A stretch of 64,000 nucleotides of DNA from the sequence record NC_027364.1; one strand, 5' to 3'. This document shows positions 49,004 to 59,077 of the stretch, one piece after another (positions within the stretch are counted from its first letter, which is position 1; each line of letters begins with the position of its first letter). The notes below the pieces were generated by a model that was given only the letters and a program-made list of their open reading frames with translations, did no database searches and was not told where the DNA came from. Position numbers and translations under genes: made by a program.

Positions 49004-49032
49004 ATTATATCACATTCTTACGGTTTGTCTAC
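49004..49032 (-). promoter_or_regulatory. Middle-type promoter of clpA
   Basis: GTAGACA-N16-TATAAT with TG extended -10. Confidence 0.65.
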
Positions 49033-49073
49033 AAGGTAAATAAAGATATACCCGATTTATTTTGGAGACAATC

Positions 49074-50567
49074 ATGACATATAGAATGTGGAAAAAAGGT
49101 AGAACCAATGATTACAAGTTCATTGATTCTGCCATTGCTGAACAATACAACATTGGTGGAGTTGACATGTGGCTTTATGCATATGTCGGTCCAAAACAAG
49201 TTGCTGACAACACTGACTTATCCTATGGAGGTGATTATACATCTTCAGGATCAGTTGTGTCAAGTATTGGCGATTTAATTTTTGGTGACACACCAAACAG
49301 AAACTACAACCTTGAAGCTATCACACTTAGTTGTGTCTATCAAGTTCAAGAAGCAACTCCAGACTTGAAAATCCCAGGATTGTTCTTTAATTTCAACACT
49401 ATGGACATCACAATCCATTATAATACAATGATGCAGCGTTTAGGTAGAAAAATCATGCCAGGGGATGTGATAGAACTACCAAATTTACGTGATTTTGATG
49501 TATTGGGTAAAGATACAGGTCTAAACCGCTTCTATGTCGTCCAAGATGCATTTCGTACATCTGAGGGATACTCGGTTACGTGGCAACATCACATTTATAA
49601 ACTTAGAGTTAAACCGCTAACCGACTCACCTGAGTACTCCGATTTACTCGGTAACAATAATTATCCTGATAATCCAGATGACCCTAATAATGGTAATGGA
49701 AATACCGATGATGGTTCGTCGGAAAACAGTAACTATGGCAATGAAATGGATATCATGAACCGTATCATCATGCAAGCTGATGATGAAGTACCCTATATTC
49801 ATTATACAAATGAACATTTGTATGATGATCGACCTGATACAGTAGATTTATCAAAATATATGCTTAACGGTTATGATTTTCCAGAAGAACCTGCCGATGG
49901 AATGTATTTTTTGAAAAAAACATACCCAGTACTCAAAGAGTTTGTTAATGATACATGGATTTCTGTGGAAGTCAAGCGTGGAACCATCTTTCCCAGAAAA
50001 CCAATGGATGGTGACTTCTTCTTTAAAGAAAATGACGCAGATGTGACAGGTTATACGTTGTATCAATATGATAAAAGTGCTAAAAAATGGTTAAATTGTG
50101 ATGTAGAATATACTACCAGTGATGTTCCACCAGAAGATGTGGAAGATTTTTGTATTTTTTATAAAGAACCACACATTTATCAGTATAATGATGACAAGTG
50201 GGGGGAACCAAAGGTAACTTATGTCAATGAACCATTCACGTCCAATTGTGTATATGGTAATATTGATTCGCAACAAAATTATCGTCCTAAAATTCCACCA
50301 GCACGAGGTACAGTCCCTGAAGGAAATATGTTCCCAACTGATGCAGTAGATGGTGACTATTTCTATCGCACCGATTATACTCCAGTTACGTTATGGGAAT
50401 TCAATGCAACTAAGAATTCATGGGTTATTTTTGATTATGGTGGAAGAAAACCGTGGGAAGGTGCAGACTTAGCACTTACACAGTTTGTAAATAGTGATAA
50501 CAAAGTTCCATTACATGACGCAGTTAAACCTAATACTGTTTATCGCATACATAAGGACACAGAATGA
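49074..50567 (+). CDS. gp14: Neck protein (gp14-like) with C-terminal repeats
   Basis: AIAEQYNIGGVDMWLY, IGDLIFGD..NRNY, IMPGDVIELP; GGAG SD supports start 49074. Confidence 0.7.
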   Translation: MTYRMWKKGRTNDYKFIDSAIAEQYNIGGVDMWLYAYVGPKQVADNTDLSYGGDYTSSGSVVSSIGDLIFGDTPNRNYNLEAITLSCVYQVQEATPDLKIPGLFFNFNTMDITIHYNTMMQRLGRKIMPGDVIELPNLRDFDVLGKDTGLNRFYVVQDAFRTSEGYSVTWQHHIYKLRVKPLTDSPEYSDLLGNNNYPDNPDDPNNGNGNTDDGSSENSNYGNEMDIMNRIIMQADDEVPYIHYTNEHLYDDRPDTVDLSKYMLNGYDFPEEPADGMYFLKKTYPVLKEFVNDTWISVEVKRGTIFPRKPMDGDFFFKENDADVTGYTLYQYDKSAKKWLNCDVEYTTSDVPPEDVEDFCIFYKEPHIYQYNDDKWGEPKVTYVNEPFTSNCVYGNIDSQQNYRPKIPPARGTVPEGNMFPTDAVDGDYFYRTDYTPVTLWEFNATKNSWVIFDYGGRKPWEGADLALTQFVNSDNKVPLHDAVKPNTVYRIHKDTE

Positions 50568-51907
50568 AAATAGATTATTATTATGACGGTCAATTTCGCA
50601 GAGTACTGAAACATCTTATCAGAGTTTTTGGTGAATTTCAAGTACAAAATGGTATTGATGCTAATGGAAACCCAAAATACAAAAAGGTTCCATGTCGCTA
50701 TGCCGATATTTCAAGAATGGCAGCAGCAATTATAAATGGGAATAGTGAAAATGTTCTCCCATCAGCACCTATAATGACCATAAGTGTTAATCAACTAAAG
50801 TTGGATCGTAAAAATATTCGTTCTAATGCCAACGAAACTATAGTAATGGGGTCTAACAAGTCCCCTGCTATTAATGAGTACACAAAAGATCTTGACACAC
50901 AATACAAAATTGTAAGACATAACCCAGTACCTTGGACTTTTACGTTTGATTTGAATATTTGGGTAACTCAAACTCAAACTAAAATGGAATTATTCGAACA
51001 AATCTCAACTTTGTTTGCACCTAGTATACAACTTCAATTATCTGATAACCCGTTAGATTGGACATCGCTTAGTGATGTTGAACTAATAGATTGTCAGTTT
51101 TCTACTCGTGGTTTTCCACAAGGAACTGACCCAGATTTGGATATAATGGTTTTAACATTTGAAACGACAATATGGTTTTCTTTACCAGCTATTGTTGAAA
51201 AACCCAAATTAATCCAACAGATTACTACAAATATTAAAGGTGCTCGTGACGAATTTGATTTTGAAATGGGAAATTATTCAGATATAATAACAGATGTTTT
51301 TACACCCAAGAATTTATGCATTAAAGTTGAAGAAATTACTAATTCCAAGTATAATTTACCTGATACATACCAACTTACCTTGGTTAGCCAATCGCTATCG
51401 GCGGTTTCCCCCAACGGTGGAATATATTCATGGGAAAAATATCTTAAATATCTAGAACCAAATTTTGATGACAAAAAAGTAGGGATTAAATTTCAACAAT
51501 CTATTGAAGAAGACAACCCACTAAAAGGTCATATAGCGTCGTATGGTGAAAATGAAGATGCCAACAAAATTATAGTACAGCTTGATAATACCAATTATAC
51601 TGTTGATTACACTATACATGGGTTTGTGCAGAAAGATTCAGTACTTTCAAGTGCATTACCTGAACAATATTATGTAAATAACAGTATACATAACATCATT
51701 TATAAAGAAACCGAAATCCCATCAAATTATTTGTTTAAAATTACAAATGACGGTGCACAATTAATTGATCCATCTACTGTACGAAATTACATTTATAATA
51801 AAGAAGACAATGGTTATTATAGATATAATGACAAATTTAAATGGCATAAAAGTATCATGCCTGTGTATCGTCAGGGATATTGGAAAATAACTTTCACTGA
51901 CAAATAA
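50564..51907 (+). CDS. gp15: Tail terminator / sheath stabiliser (gp15-like)
   Basis: YYYDGQFRRVLKHLIRVFG, KKVPCRYA, PVPWTFTFDLNIW, FEQISTLFAP. Confidence 0.8.
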   Translation: MKIDYYYDGQFRRVLKHLIRVFGEFQVQNGIDANGNPKYKKVPCRYADISRMAAAIINGNSENVLPSAPIMTISVNQLKLDRKNIRSNANETIVMGSNKSPAINEYTKDLDTQYKIVRHNPVPWTFTFDLNIWVTQTQTKMELFEQISTLFAPSIQLQLSDNPLDWTSLSDVELIDCQFSTRGFPQGTDPDLDIMVLTFETTIWFSLPAIVEKPKLIQQITTNIKGARDEFDFEMGNYSDIITDVFTPKNLCIKVEEITNSKYNLPDTYQLTLVSQSLSAVSPNGGIYSWEKYLKYLEPNFDDKKVGIKFQQSIEEDNPLKGHIASYGENEDANKIIVQLDNTNYTVDYTIHGFVQKDSVLSSALPEQYYVNNSIHNIIYKETEIPSNYLFKITNDGAQLIDPSTVRNYIYNKEDNGYYRYNDKFKWHKSIMPVYRQGYWKITFTDK

Positions 51908-51920
51908 AGGAGGTGTTGTT

Positions 51921-52385
51921 ATGAATGAAGCGGTTGGTGCTATATTTTTATCAAAAAGTACTGGACATATGATGTTAAACTTGCGTTCTGAAAGAAGTAC
52001 CTATTCTAACAACTGGGCATTTGTTGGTGGAAAGCTTGAACATAACGAAACACCACTACAAGGTCTGATGCGAGAAATTAAAGAAGAGTTGGGCAACTCA
52101 ATACCTAACATTATTGATATTATACCGTTTGATGTATTTTGTACAAAAAATGGTAAATTTAAATATTATTCATTTGTTATTGTAGTTGAGAATGAATTTG
52201 TACCAACTTTAAATCATGAAAGCTCTGGTTATGCTTGGGTTAGAATTGGTTCTTGGCCTAAACCATTACACCCTGGTGCTAAAAATACTTTACTTAACAC
52301 AAACTTAATGAAAGATTTTTACTCACTATGGGAAAGTATACGTGAAGGTACACAGTTTGTCAACAGTTTACCATATAGATATTAA
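51921..52385 (+). CDS. Nudix hydrolase
   Basis: Complete Nudix box GKLEHNETPLQGLMREIKEELG. Confidence 0.92.
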   Translation: MNEAVGAIFLSKSTGHMMLNLRSERSTYSNNWAFVGGKLEHNETPLQGLMREIKEELGNSIPNIIDIIPFDVFCTKNGKFKYYSFVIVVENEFVPTLNHESSGYAWVRIGSWPKPLHPGAKNTLLNTNLMKDFYSLWESIREGTQFVNSLPYRY

Positions 52386-52388
52386 AAC

Positions 52389-52416
52389 AAAAAGGAGCCG
52401 TGTGGCTCCTTTTTTT
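52389..52416. terminator. Bidirectional terminator
   Basis: AAAGGAGCC-GTGT-GGCTCCTTTTTTT. Confidence 0.85.
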
Positions 52417-53515
52417 ATACTCCAATAATCGGAATACCTGTAATATTTAACAACACGGATGCTTGTAGTTTAACGGATTCACCAGCAGTTAGATTACTAA
52501 TGCTACCATCAACTCGAAAACCTAAATTTTTATTTGAGTTTAGAGAATTGATAACCCAATTTTCATAATCAGCTTTAGATGTTCCATTAGGATTTGGGAT
52601 AGATGGATCTACACCATTAATAACAATATTTACGTCCCAGTTTGGGCGACTACTGGTAATAACATCTTTAATGGATTCTAATTGTGTAATCCTACGTGGG
52701 TCTGGCATTTGACTTGCCCCCACCGAACCAGGAACAAAAGTTCCTTGATTATCTACATAAAATTGCCCTTTTATAAAAAAGGTTTTGGAATTGTATGGAA
52801 GAGAAACTATCTCACCAGAAGAATCATTTACTTCTCTAATCATAATTTTTAATTCATAGAAATAGTTGCTACCAAATTCAAAGACACCTGTACCATTAGT
52901 TAATGTTGTCCAGTTATTTGTATCTACTTGTGAAGTACCACCTAAGTTAAAATACGCAATCGGTTTAGTACTATTACTTTGTGTGAACTCTATATATTTT
53001 TTACCATTATCATAGTTAATATCTAATAATGATGAATACTCTTTGTTTTCTGGTCTAGATGTTTGAATTTCACGCCATTCTTTGTTTTTCATTAACACAC
53101 GAAGAGAATCACCGTTACTAGTTAATACCATACGACCCATAACACTATTTTCACCATCAGGTACTGTGTTAAAAACAGTAATCATAGGGATAGACGCCCA
53201 TTCAGCTTCACTTACCATATCAGCAGGTTGTCTAGCATTATCAACTAATGATATCAATAACTCACCAGTACTACCAGTGTTTCTATACCAAAGTTGACCA
53301 TTGACGTTGCCACGTGGTGCAGATGCTGAACTGAAATTTTCAACTAAATGTAAAAAGTTTTCATTCCATGCTTGACCGTAACTTACTTTATTTCTACCAA
53401 CTAAATTTAACGGAACTGGGTTACTTCCGGGCTGGTTTGGTCCTAAAATAACATTATTTGGAATGGTAGCATAAACACTACCATTACTTCTATAAATTGT
53501 ATAATTAACACTCAT
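52415..53515 (-). CDS. Virion structural protein with fibre/baseplate-type N-terminus
   Basis: LNLVGRNKVSYGQAWNENFLHLVENFS...GQLWY motif recalled from jumbo-phage fibre N-termini. Confidence 0.55.
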   Translation of the reverse strand: MSVNYTIYRSNGSVYATIPNNVILGPNQPGSNPVPLNLVGRNKVSYGQAWNENFLHLVENFSSASAPRGNVNGQLWYRNTGSTGELLISLVDNARQPADMVSEAEWASIPMITVFNTVPDGENSVMGRMVLTSNGDSLRVLMKNKEWREIQTSRPENKEYSSLLDINYDNGKKYIEFTQSNSTKPIAYFNLGGTSQVDTNNWTTLTNGTGVFEFGSNYFYELKIMIREVNDSSGEIVSLPYNSKTFFIKGQFYVDNQGTFVPGSVGASQMPDPRRITQLESIKDVITSSRPNWDVNIVINGVDPSIPNPNGTSKADYENWVINSLNSNKNLGFRVDGSISNLTAGESVKLQASVLLNITGIPIIGV

Positions 53516-53527
53516 TATATGTCCCCA

Positions 53528-54136
53528 TTATTGTAATTGTACACGAACTGTGTATTTAATTTGTAAGACACGGTTTGCACTTTTCTCAACTGGGTGAAAA
53601 ATGATATGGGTTAAAGGAATACCACTATCGCCATCCGTGTACAATCCCAATTCATCAAATACATAAGTTCCATCCATGCTTGTCCCTGAGCTTACACCTT
53701 GGTCGGATGGTTCACCTAACCCTAGAGTACAAATACATACAATATCAGTATAGGACTGTCCTGGTATATGTACAGTTGTAATATTATTGTATTGTGAATC
53801 AATACCTGCCGTAATTCGTGGGTTGATTTTTTTCAAATATGTTTGTGAATACAAACCACCGAATGATGTAACACGTGGTTTTTTATAAGTAACACGACCA
53901 GTACTTAAAACTACTGTACCACCATTACCAAAACGCATCTCGCTAATAGAACCAATAGGAATACCAGTACTGTCTTGATTATATGCTAACGCATTAGCAA
54001 TGGCAGTACTCATATTTTCAGGGTGAATAGCGTTAGATTTATCTAAAACGATTTTTTGATTTGATGGATCAGTAACGTCAGTAATTAGGACATGACCTTT
54101 AACAAATAGTTTTGGTTGTTCTGTTTCTAATTTCAT
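53528..54136 (-). CDS. Probable baseplate/fibre-attachment structural protein
   Basis: FDELGLYT...LTHIIFHPVEKSANRVLQIKYTVRVQ resembles tail-collar-fibre anchor domains. Confidence 0.5.
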   Translation of the reverse strand: MKLETEQPKLFVKGHVLITDVTDPSNQKIVLDKSNAIHPENMSTAIANALAYNQDSTGIPIGSISEMRFGNGGTVVLSTGRVTYKKPRVTSFGGLYSQTYLKKINPRITAGIDSQYNNITTVHIPGQSYTDIVCICTLGLGEPSDQGVSSGTSMDGTYVFDELGLYTDGDSGIPLTHIIFHPVEKSANRVLQIKYTVRVQLQ

Positions 54137-54145
54137 TTCTAATCC

Positions 54146-54643
54146 TTAGTAGTTAATTAAAATTTGTTCTAACTTCCCAGCTAAACTTTTTTGGACATCT
54201 GATGGATACTTACTAATATAATCACGGTCTATACCAACTTTAAGGTAAGTAAAATTACCAGTTACTGTTTCAGCAAATGTTCCGGTAGTTCCTTGTTGTC
54301 TAATTAAATCCCCACCATTTGGATTTAAAATAACCATATCAGTAAATTCAAGATAATAATTACAACTTTCAGTGAATTTAATTGGAAACCAATCATCATC
54401 AGTAGGATTACTAGCTAATGTAGCTAATACATAAATTCTACCAATAAAATTACGTAGTGTAAATGAAATAGTATGTAAACCTGTAGTACAGCCATAGTAG
54501 CCACCACTTGCGAGTGGTAACGTTTGTTCATTCCAGTGATAATCCAAGTTAGCTGGATACCAGCTATCAGATTCAGGAAAATCTTGCCATGAACCATCTT
54601 TTGTTTTTCTTCTGAAGAGAAAGTCTTTTGATCTTAATGCCAT
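54146..54643 (-). CDS. Hypothetical (probably virion) protein
   Basis: 165 aa, late-like promoter and SD upstream. Confidence 0.6.
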   Translation of the reverse strand: MALRSKDFLFRRKTKDGSWQDFPESDSWYPANLDYHWNEQTLPLASGGYYGCTTGLHTISFTLRNFIGRIYVLATLASNPTDDDWFPIKFTESCNYYLEFTDMVILNPNGGDLIRQQGTTGTFAETVTGNFTYLKVGIDRDYISKYPSDVQKSLAGKLEQILINY

Positions 54644-54753
54644 TGTTTAAGCCCTTTTAGTAGTGAACTTTCATTTATTTATTAATGATAACGAAATGTA
54701 TTTTGTACTGATAAATATTGGTATATGACATTAACTCATACAAGGGAAATATT

Positions 54754-55869
54754 ATGACAATTTCATTTAATGGTTCATGTAATAACTCCGGCATCAAAAG
54801 TCTAGTTATTAATGGTGCTGGGCATTTAATTGTAACCTATGCAGATAACACAATTCAAGATTTAGGTCTTGTTGTAGGACAGAATGGCGAGAATGGTAAA
54901 AACTTTTATCCTAATGAGATTGGTTTTGAAATTCCTTCCGAACAATTTAAAGTTGGTGAACCACTTGGGTGGTGCTACTTAAGCTTGGCTAACAATACCA
55001 GTACTCTATACTTTAAATCAAATGATGCACAAGATCCGACAAGTACATGGATTAGTGTTGAGTTTGGTAAAGGTGATACGGGTGAAGCGGGTAAGCCGTT
55101 CCACATTGATAGTGCTGGAACTACTTTCCCAACAACTGGTCTTTTTAATAACTATACATTTTATAATACTCAAGATGGTAAACTTTATTTCTATCAAAGT
55201 GTAACTGCTACTTGGAGTGATGGTATACCTTTCCGTGGTGAACAAGGTCCGCGTGGTCGTTTCCATATTGATAGCAGTGGTGATCAATTTCCAAGTATTG
55301 AAAATCTTCCAGTTGATTATTGTTTTTATAACAACACTGATGGAAAACTATATTATGTTGATGAAGTAACTACAACTACCCCTCCTTCAAAAGAGTGGAG
55401 TGATGGTATTCTATTCCGTGGTAAAGAAGGTCAGCAAGGTATTCAAGGTATACAAGGCGAACCAGGTGCACCAGGTAAAGATACAATTTCTATTAGAAAT
55501 ACCATAGATAGCTCATGGACTAACGCACTATTAGTTATTGGTACATGTCCTGCTGGATATGTAGTTTCTAATATTGATGTAAACGTTATACAACCTTATT
55601 CTCTTCCAGTAACTGATATGTTTGTACGTTTTGGTGGTGAAGCACAAGAAGATATTGGCGGGACGGTAATTGCACCAACTTCCTACTTTGATATCAATCG
55701 TCAGATGCGTTTTATTGTTAATGAAACTAATCATGCAGCATCCGATGTTGATGAAATTATTTCATGTGTATTCAACGATTCTGTTAACAACAGTCCTTAT
55801 GGAAAAATGGAAATTATTTGTACTCTTTCATGGCAAGCTCCTATCCAACCGATTCAAGATAATATTTAA
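54754..55869 (+). CDS. Fibre-like protein with short collagen (Gly-X-Y) segments and three internal repeats
   Basis: GQNGENG, GDTGEAG, GEQGPRG, GKEGQQGIQGIQGEPGAPGKD; start set at ATG after AAGGG SD. Confidence 0.7.
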   Translation: MTISFNGSCNNSGIKSLVINGAGHLIVTYADNTIQDLGLVVGQNGENGKNFYPNEIGFEIPSEQFKVGEPLGWCYLSLANNTSTLYFKSNDAQDPTSTWISVEFGKGDTGEAGKPFHIDSAGTTFPTTGLFNNYTFYNTQDGKLYFYQSVTATWSDGIPFRGEQGPRGRFHIDSSGDQFPSIENLPVDYCFYNNTDGKLYYVDEVTTTTPPSKEWSDGILFRGKEGQQGIQGIQGEPGAPGKDTISIRNTIDSSWTNALLVIGTCPAGYVVSNIDVNVIQPYSLPVTDMFVRFGGEAQEDIGGTVIAPTSYFDINRQMRFIVNETNHAASDVDEIISCVFNDSVNNSPYGKMEIICTLSWQAPIQPIQDNI

Positions 55870-55883
55870 GGGAGGATGTCATA

Positions 55884-58025
55884 ATGGCAGTATTTTCTAA
55901 TTTTGAAGGAACTATGCAGCCCAAATTCATATTGGGGAAAAAAGGTGCTTCAATAAATTTTATCAATGATTCAGTTTCTATAAAAGATTATCTAGGAGAA
56001 CAGTTCCTACCACTGAAGGTAGGAACTTCATCTGACCCTAATTCAGCAGTTAACGTAAAATATCTTGAAGATAACCCTAATGCATTATTTGGTGTTGTAC
56101 CCCCTACCGATGATGTAGGAAAGAACAATAATACGTATTTTCAAATTGATGAAGATGGTATTGTTGATATTTTTGCAAAAAGTAATGGTACATGGGTAAA
56201 ATCATTATACATTAATAAAAAAGTTCTATCCAGTAAAAATGGTGGCGATTTCATCGGACTTATTACTGGAGGTACAGTTCAACAGGCCCAGTTTTATATA
56301 ACACCAGAAGAATTTGGTGCTAAAGGTGATGGCGAAACTGATGACACTGCTGCTGTAAATTTATGTGCTGCTTATGCTAAAGAAAATAAAATCCAAATTC
56401 AGGCTGGTGGTAATTACCGTATCAAAACTGCAATATACCTAGAAGATGTAACTTGGTTTGGGGGAACTATTACTGGTAACGGTGGTACTATGGTATCTGT
56501 TATTAATTCCCAAATACAATTTGCAACACTTACTGGATGTTATTTAAAATTCTTCGGTGGCGATGGTAAGTTTTATTTTAATAAATTTATAAACATCACA
56601 AGTACTGCTGCATTTTTAATGCAAGGTATGACACAACCAGGAACAATAGATTTTTGCTTTAATGAAATGACCCAATGTAAGTATGGTGTTCTTCAACAAG
56701 GTACTGGTGAGAAAATGAAGGTTGGTAGATATTCATATAACCATATTCATGATATCTATGGTGATGCAATTGAACTAAACGTAATTAACTCACATTATCC
56801 TGATGGTTTTGTGATTGAAGGAAACGTAATTGAAAACGTTGATGGTTCTAACGCTCCAATCCCACTTTCAAACTGGGGCATTGGTATTGGCGTTGCTGGT
56901 TCTGGTCCTTATGGTTTAGATGCACCAGATACACAATATGTCAGAAACTTTGTTATTAAAAATAACAGACTATATAATGTTAGACAATGTATACACGTTG
57001 AATTAGGAATGGACTTTAAAATACTTAATAATGAAGTTTATCCATCATCTTTAGTTTCTGTTGGTACTGGATTAACCACTGCTGGTGTTATAACTTATGG
57101 TTCGAAAGAATTCATTATTGATGGGTTGACTGGTCATTTGCTTAATGATCCTTCTATCACAAATAGAATGGTTTCAATAAACTGGGGTGTAACTTCTGGT
57201 CGTTTTGCTGGACCACCTAGAAACTTTAAAATTTCTAATCTCTATATTCCAGAGTCTTCTATACTTGTTTATACTTCCGGTTCTGATAATTGGTTAAATA
57301 ATACAGAATTGAGCAATATCACTTGTTCTAAAATCCTTTGGCGTGGTTTGCCATCATCATCTAAATTTAGTGATATTAGAACTAAAGAATTAGATGTAAT
57401 TGGTCAACACCTCTCTACCGAAGGCGAAGGTGGTGGTATCTATACTCGCTCTAAATATACTTATACTAATTGGACTAACTGTGTTGTTCAAGATGATTGT
57501 AATGTTTCAAAATATAGTTTTTCTAAAATGTATGTAGACAGAATAGACCAATCATCTAATAACTTTAAAGTTACAACTGCAATCGATGGTACAGGTCACC
57601 GTGGCCCAGTACTGATACCTGTAGTTGAGCAATATTATATTCCATACGATACTTTTCCTGGGGGACGCTATTTCTCTGAAGGCACGATTATCCATAAACA
57701 ATCGGGTGGAAAATATATTGTAACTGTTGGTGGTTCTTTTTTCGGAAAATATGACACAATTAGACAAACGGTAGCAGGACAAACATACATAGAAGCATTG
57801 GGTGTGTCATGGGGTGAAAACCAATATGCAAAAGCTGCTGGTACTGAGATCATTATATCCGGTGCTGGTGAAAATGGTGGTGATTTGAGAACGTATATAA
57901 CTCGTGCAGTGTATGTTGTAAACAACGTATATAGAATTGATATTGCAGATCCTATCATAACAGCAACTGCCGCTGGTGCAGCATTAAAAGCTGCCCAACC
58001 CGTAACTTACATAACCCTACCATAA
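55884..58025 (+). CDS. Tailspike depolymerase, WcaM-like (probable colanidase)
   Basis: EEFGAKGDGETDDTAA pectate-lyase-3 start; GDAIELNV, NWGIGIGVAG, RQCIHVE, YGSKEFIIDG parallel WcaM motifs. Confidence 0.75.
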   Translation: MAVFSNFEGTMQPKFILGKKGASINFINDSVSIKDYLGEQFLPLKVGTSSDPNSAVNVKYLEDNPNALFGVVPPTDDVGKNNNTYFQIDEDGIVDIFAKSNGTWVKSLYINKKVLSSKNGGDFIGLITGGTVQQAQFYITPEEFGAKGDGETDDTAAVNLCAAYAKENKIQIQAGGNYRIKTAIYLEDVTWFGGTITGNGGTMVSVINSQIQFATLTGCYLKFFGGDGKFYFNKFINITSTAAFLMQGMTQPGTIDFCFNEMTQCKYGVLQQGTGEKMKVGRYSYNHIHDIYGDAIELNVINSHYPDGFVIEGNVIENVDGSNAPIPLSNWGIGIGVAGSGPYGLDAPDTQYVRNFVIKNNRLYNVRQCIHVELGMDFKILNNEVYPSSLVSVGTGLTTAGVITYGSKEFIIDGLTGHLLNDPSITNRMVSINWGVTSGRFAGPPRNFKISNLYIPESSILVYTSGSDNWLNNTELSNITCSKILWRGLPSSSKFSDIRTKELDVIGQHLSTEGEGGGIYTRSKYTYTNWTNCVVQDDCNVSKYSFSKMYVDRIDQSSNNFKVTTAIDGTGHRGPVLIPVVEQYYIPYDTFPGGRYFSEGTIIHKQSGGKYIVTVGGSFFGKYDTIRQTVAGQTYIEALGVSWGENQYAKAAGTEIIISGAGENGGDLRTYITRAVYVVNNVYRIDIADPIITATAAGAALKAAQPVTYITLP

Positions 58026-58041
58026 AGGAGATTATATTAAA

Positions 58042-58938
58042 ATGGCAGTTTTTTCTAATTTAGAAGGAACCATGAAGAAGTCCTTCATTCTTGGGAAGAA
58101 TGGTGCACAGATTACCACAAATGGTAGTGTTGTGCAAATTCAAAACTACTCAGGAACACAACTTCTTCCAATTTCAGCAGGTGAACCAACTGCAAACACA
58201 CACTTGGTTACATTGGGATATTTAAACGCACACAGTGGTGGTGGTAGTTCTGGTATCTTACGTGGAACAACAGCACCATCCGATTCGATCGGTCTAGATG
58301 GTGACGTTTACTTTTTGGTTGATAGTACTAATGTTCTTCAAATTTATATTAAAGATCTTGGCATTTGGAAACCATTTAAAGGTAGCTCACCTGGGACTGA
58401 TAGCTCATATGTAACTACTGAAATAGTTCCTGTTTCTGCATTTACATTAGTACCAGATACTACTGATCATTATACTTACACACTACCAGAATCAGTTCAT
58501 GGTAGAGGTTCTGATATTATGATCCAACTACAAGGTGACCCAGGTAATGTTGCATTGGAATCAGTATTCCAAACCACAGTAACAGTTAGTGGTATTGGGG
58601 ATATAACAATTGATGTGATTGGTCAAATCACAGATTATGCAAGTGTTAAAGTAAACATTATAGGAGCAACAACAATGACAGTACCTTATAGTAAATTGGT
58701 AAACCAAGCAGATTGGGTTTCTAGTGCTGGTGATTTTACAATCACTATTCCTGCATCTGAACACAATCAAACACCAGATAATTTGTATATTTCAATTTAT
58801 GCAAATAAAACACCTGGGAGTGTTGCGTCATCTCCATTTGAATTGGTAGTGACTGATACACAAATTAGTAGTACTGGTGATGTAATCTTCACTTCTGATA
58901 TTTCTTTCAGTGGTAAGATTGTCATCTCTGGTAAGTAA
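58042..58938 (+). CDS. Fibre adaptor/structural protein sharing N-terminus with the tailspike
   Basis: MAVFSNLEGTMKKSFILGKNGA vs MAVFSNFEGTMQPKFILGKKGA. Confidence 0.65.
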   Translation: MAVFSNLEGTMKKSFILGKNGAQITTNGSVVQIQNYSGTQLLPISAGEPTANTHLVTLGYLNAHSGGGSSGILRGTTAPSDSIGLDGDVYFLVDSTNVLQIYIKDLGIWKPFKGSSPGTDSSYVTTEIVPVSAFTLVPDTTDHYTYTLPESVHGRGSDIMIQLQGDPGNVALESVFQTTVTVSGIGDITIDVIGQITDYASVKVNIIGATTMTVPYSKLVNQADWVSSAGDFTITIPASEHNQTPDNLYISIYANKTPGSVASSPFELVVTDTQISSTGDVIFTSDISFSGKIVISGK

Positions 58939-58946
58939 AAAAAATT

Positions 58947-58979
58947 AACCAGACTTGTCCTAAATAAGTCTGGTTTTTT
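58947..58979 (+). terminator. Intrinsic terminator
   Basis: AACCAGACTT-N9-AAGTCTGGTT-TTTT. Confidence 0.85.
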
Positions 58980-59077
58980 ATTATATTTGCTTTTGTCAAA
59001 TAACATATTAATTGTTGGATAACAGCATAATAAAACTAAATATATACATATTAACAAGGTTATAATGGAGGGTATAA

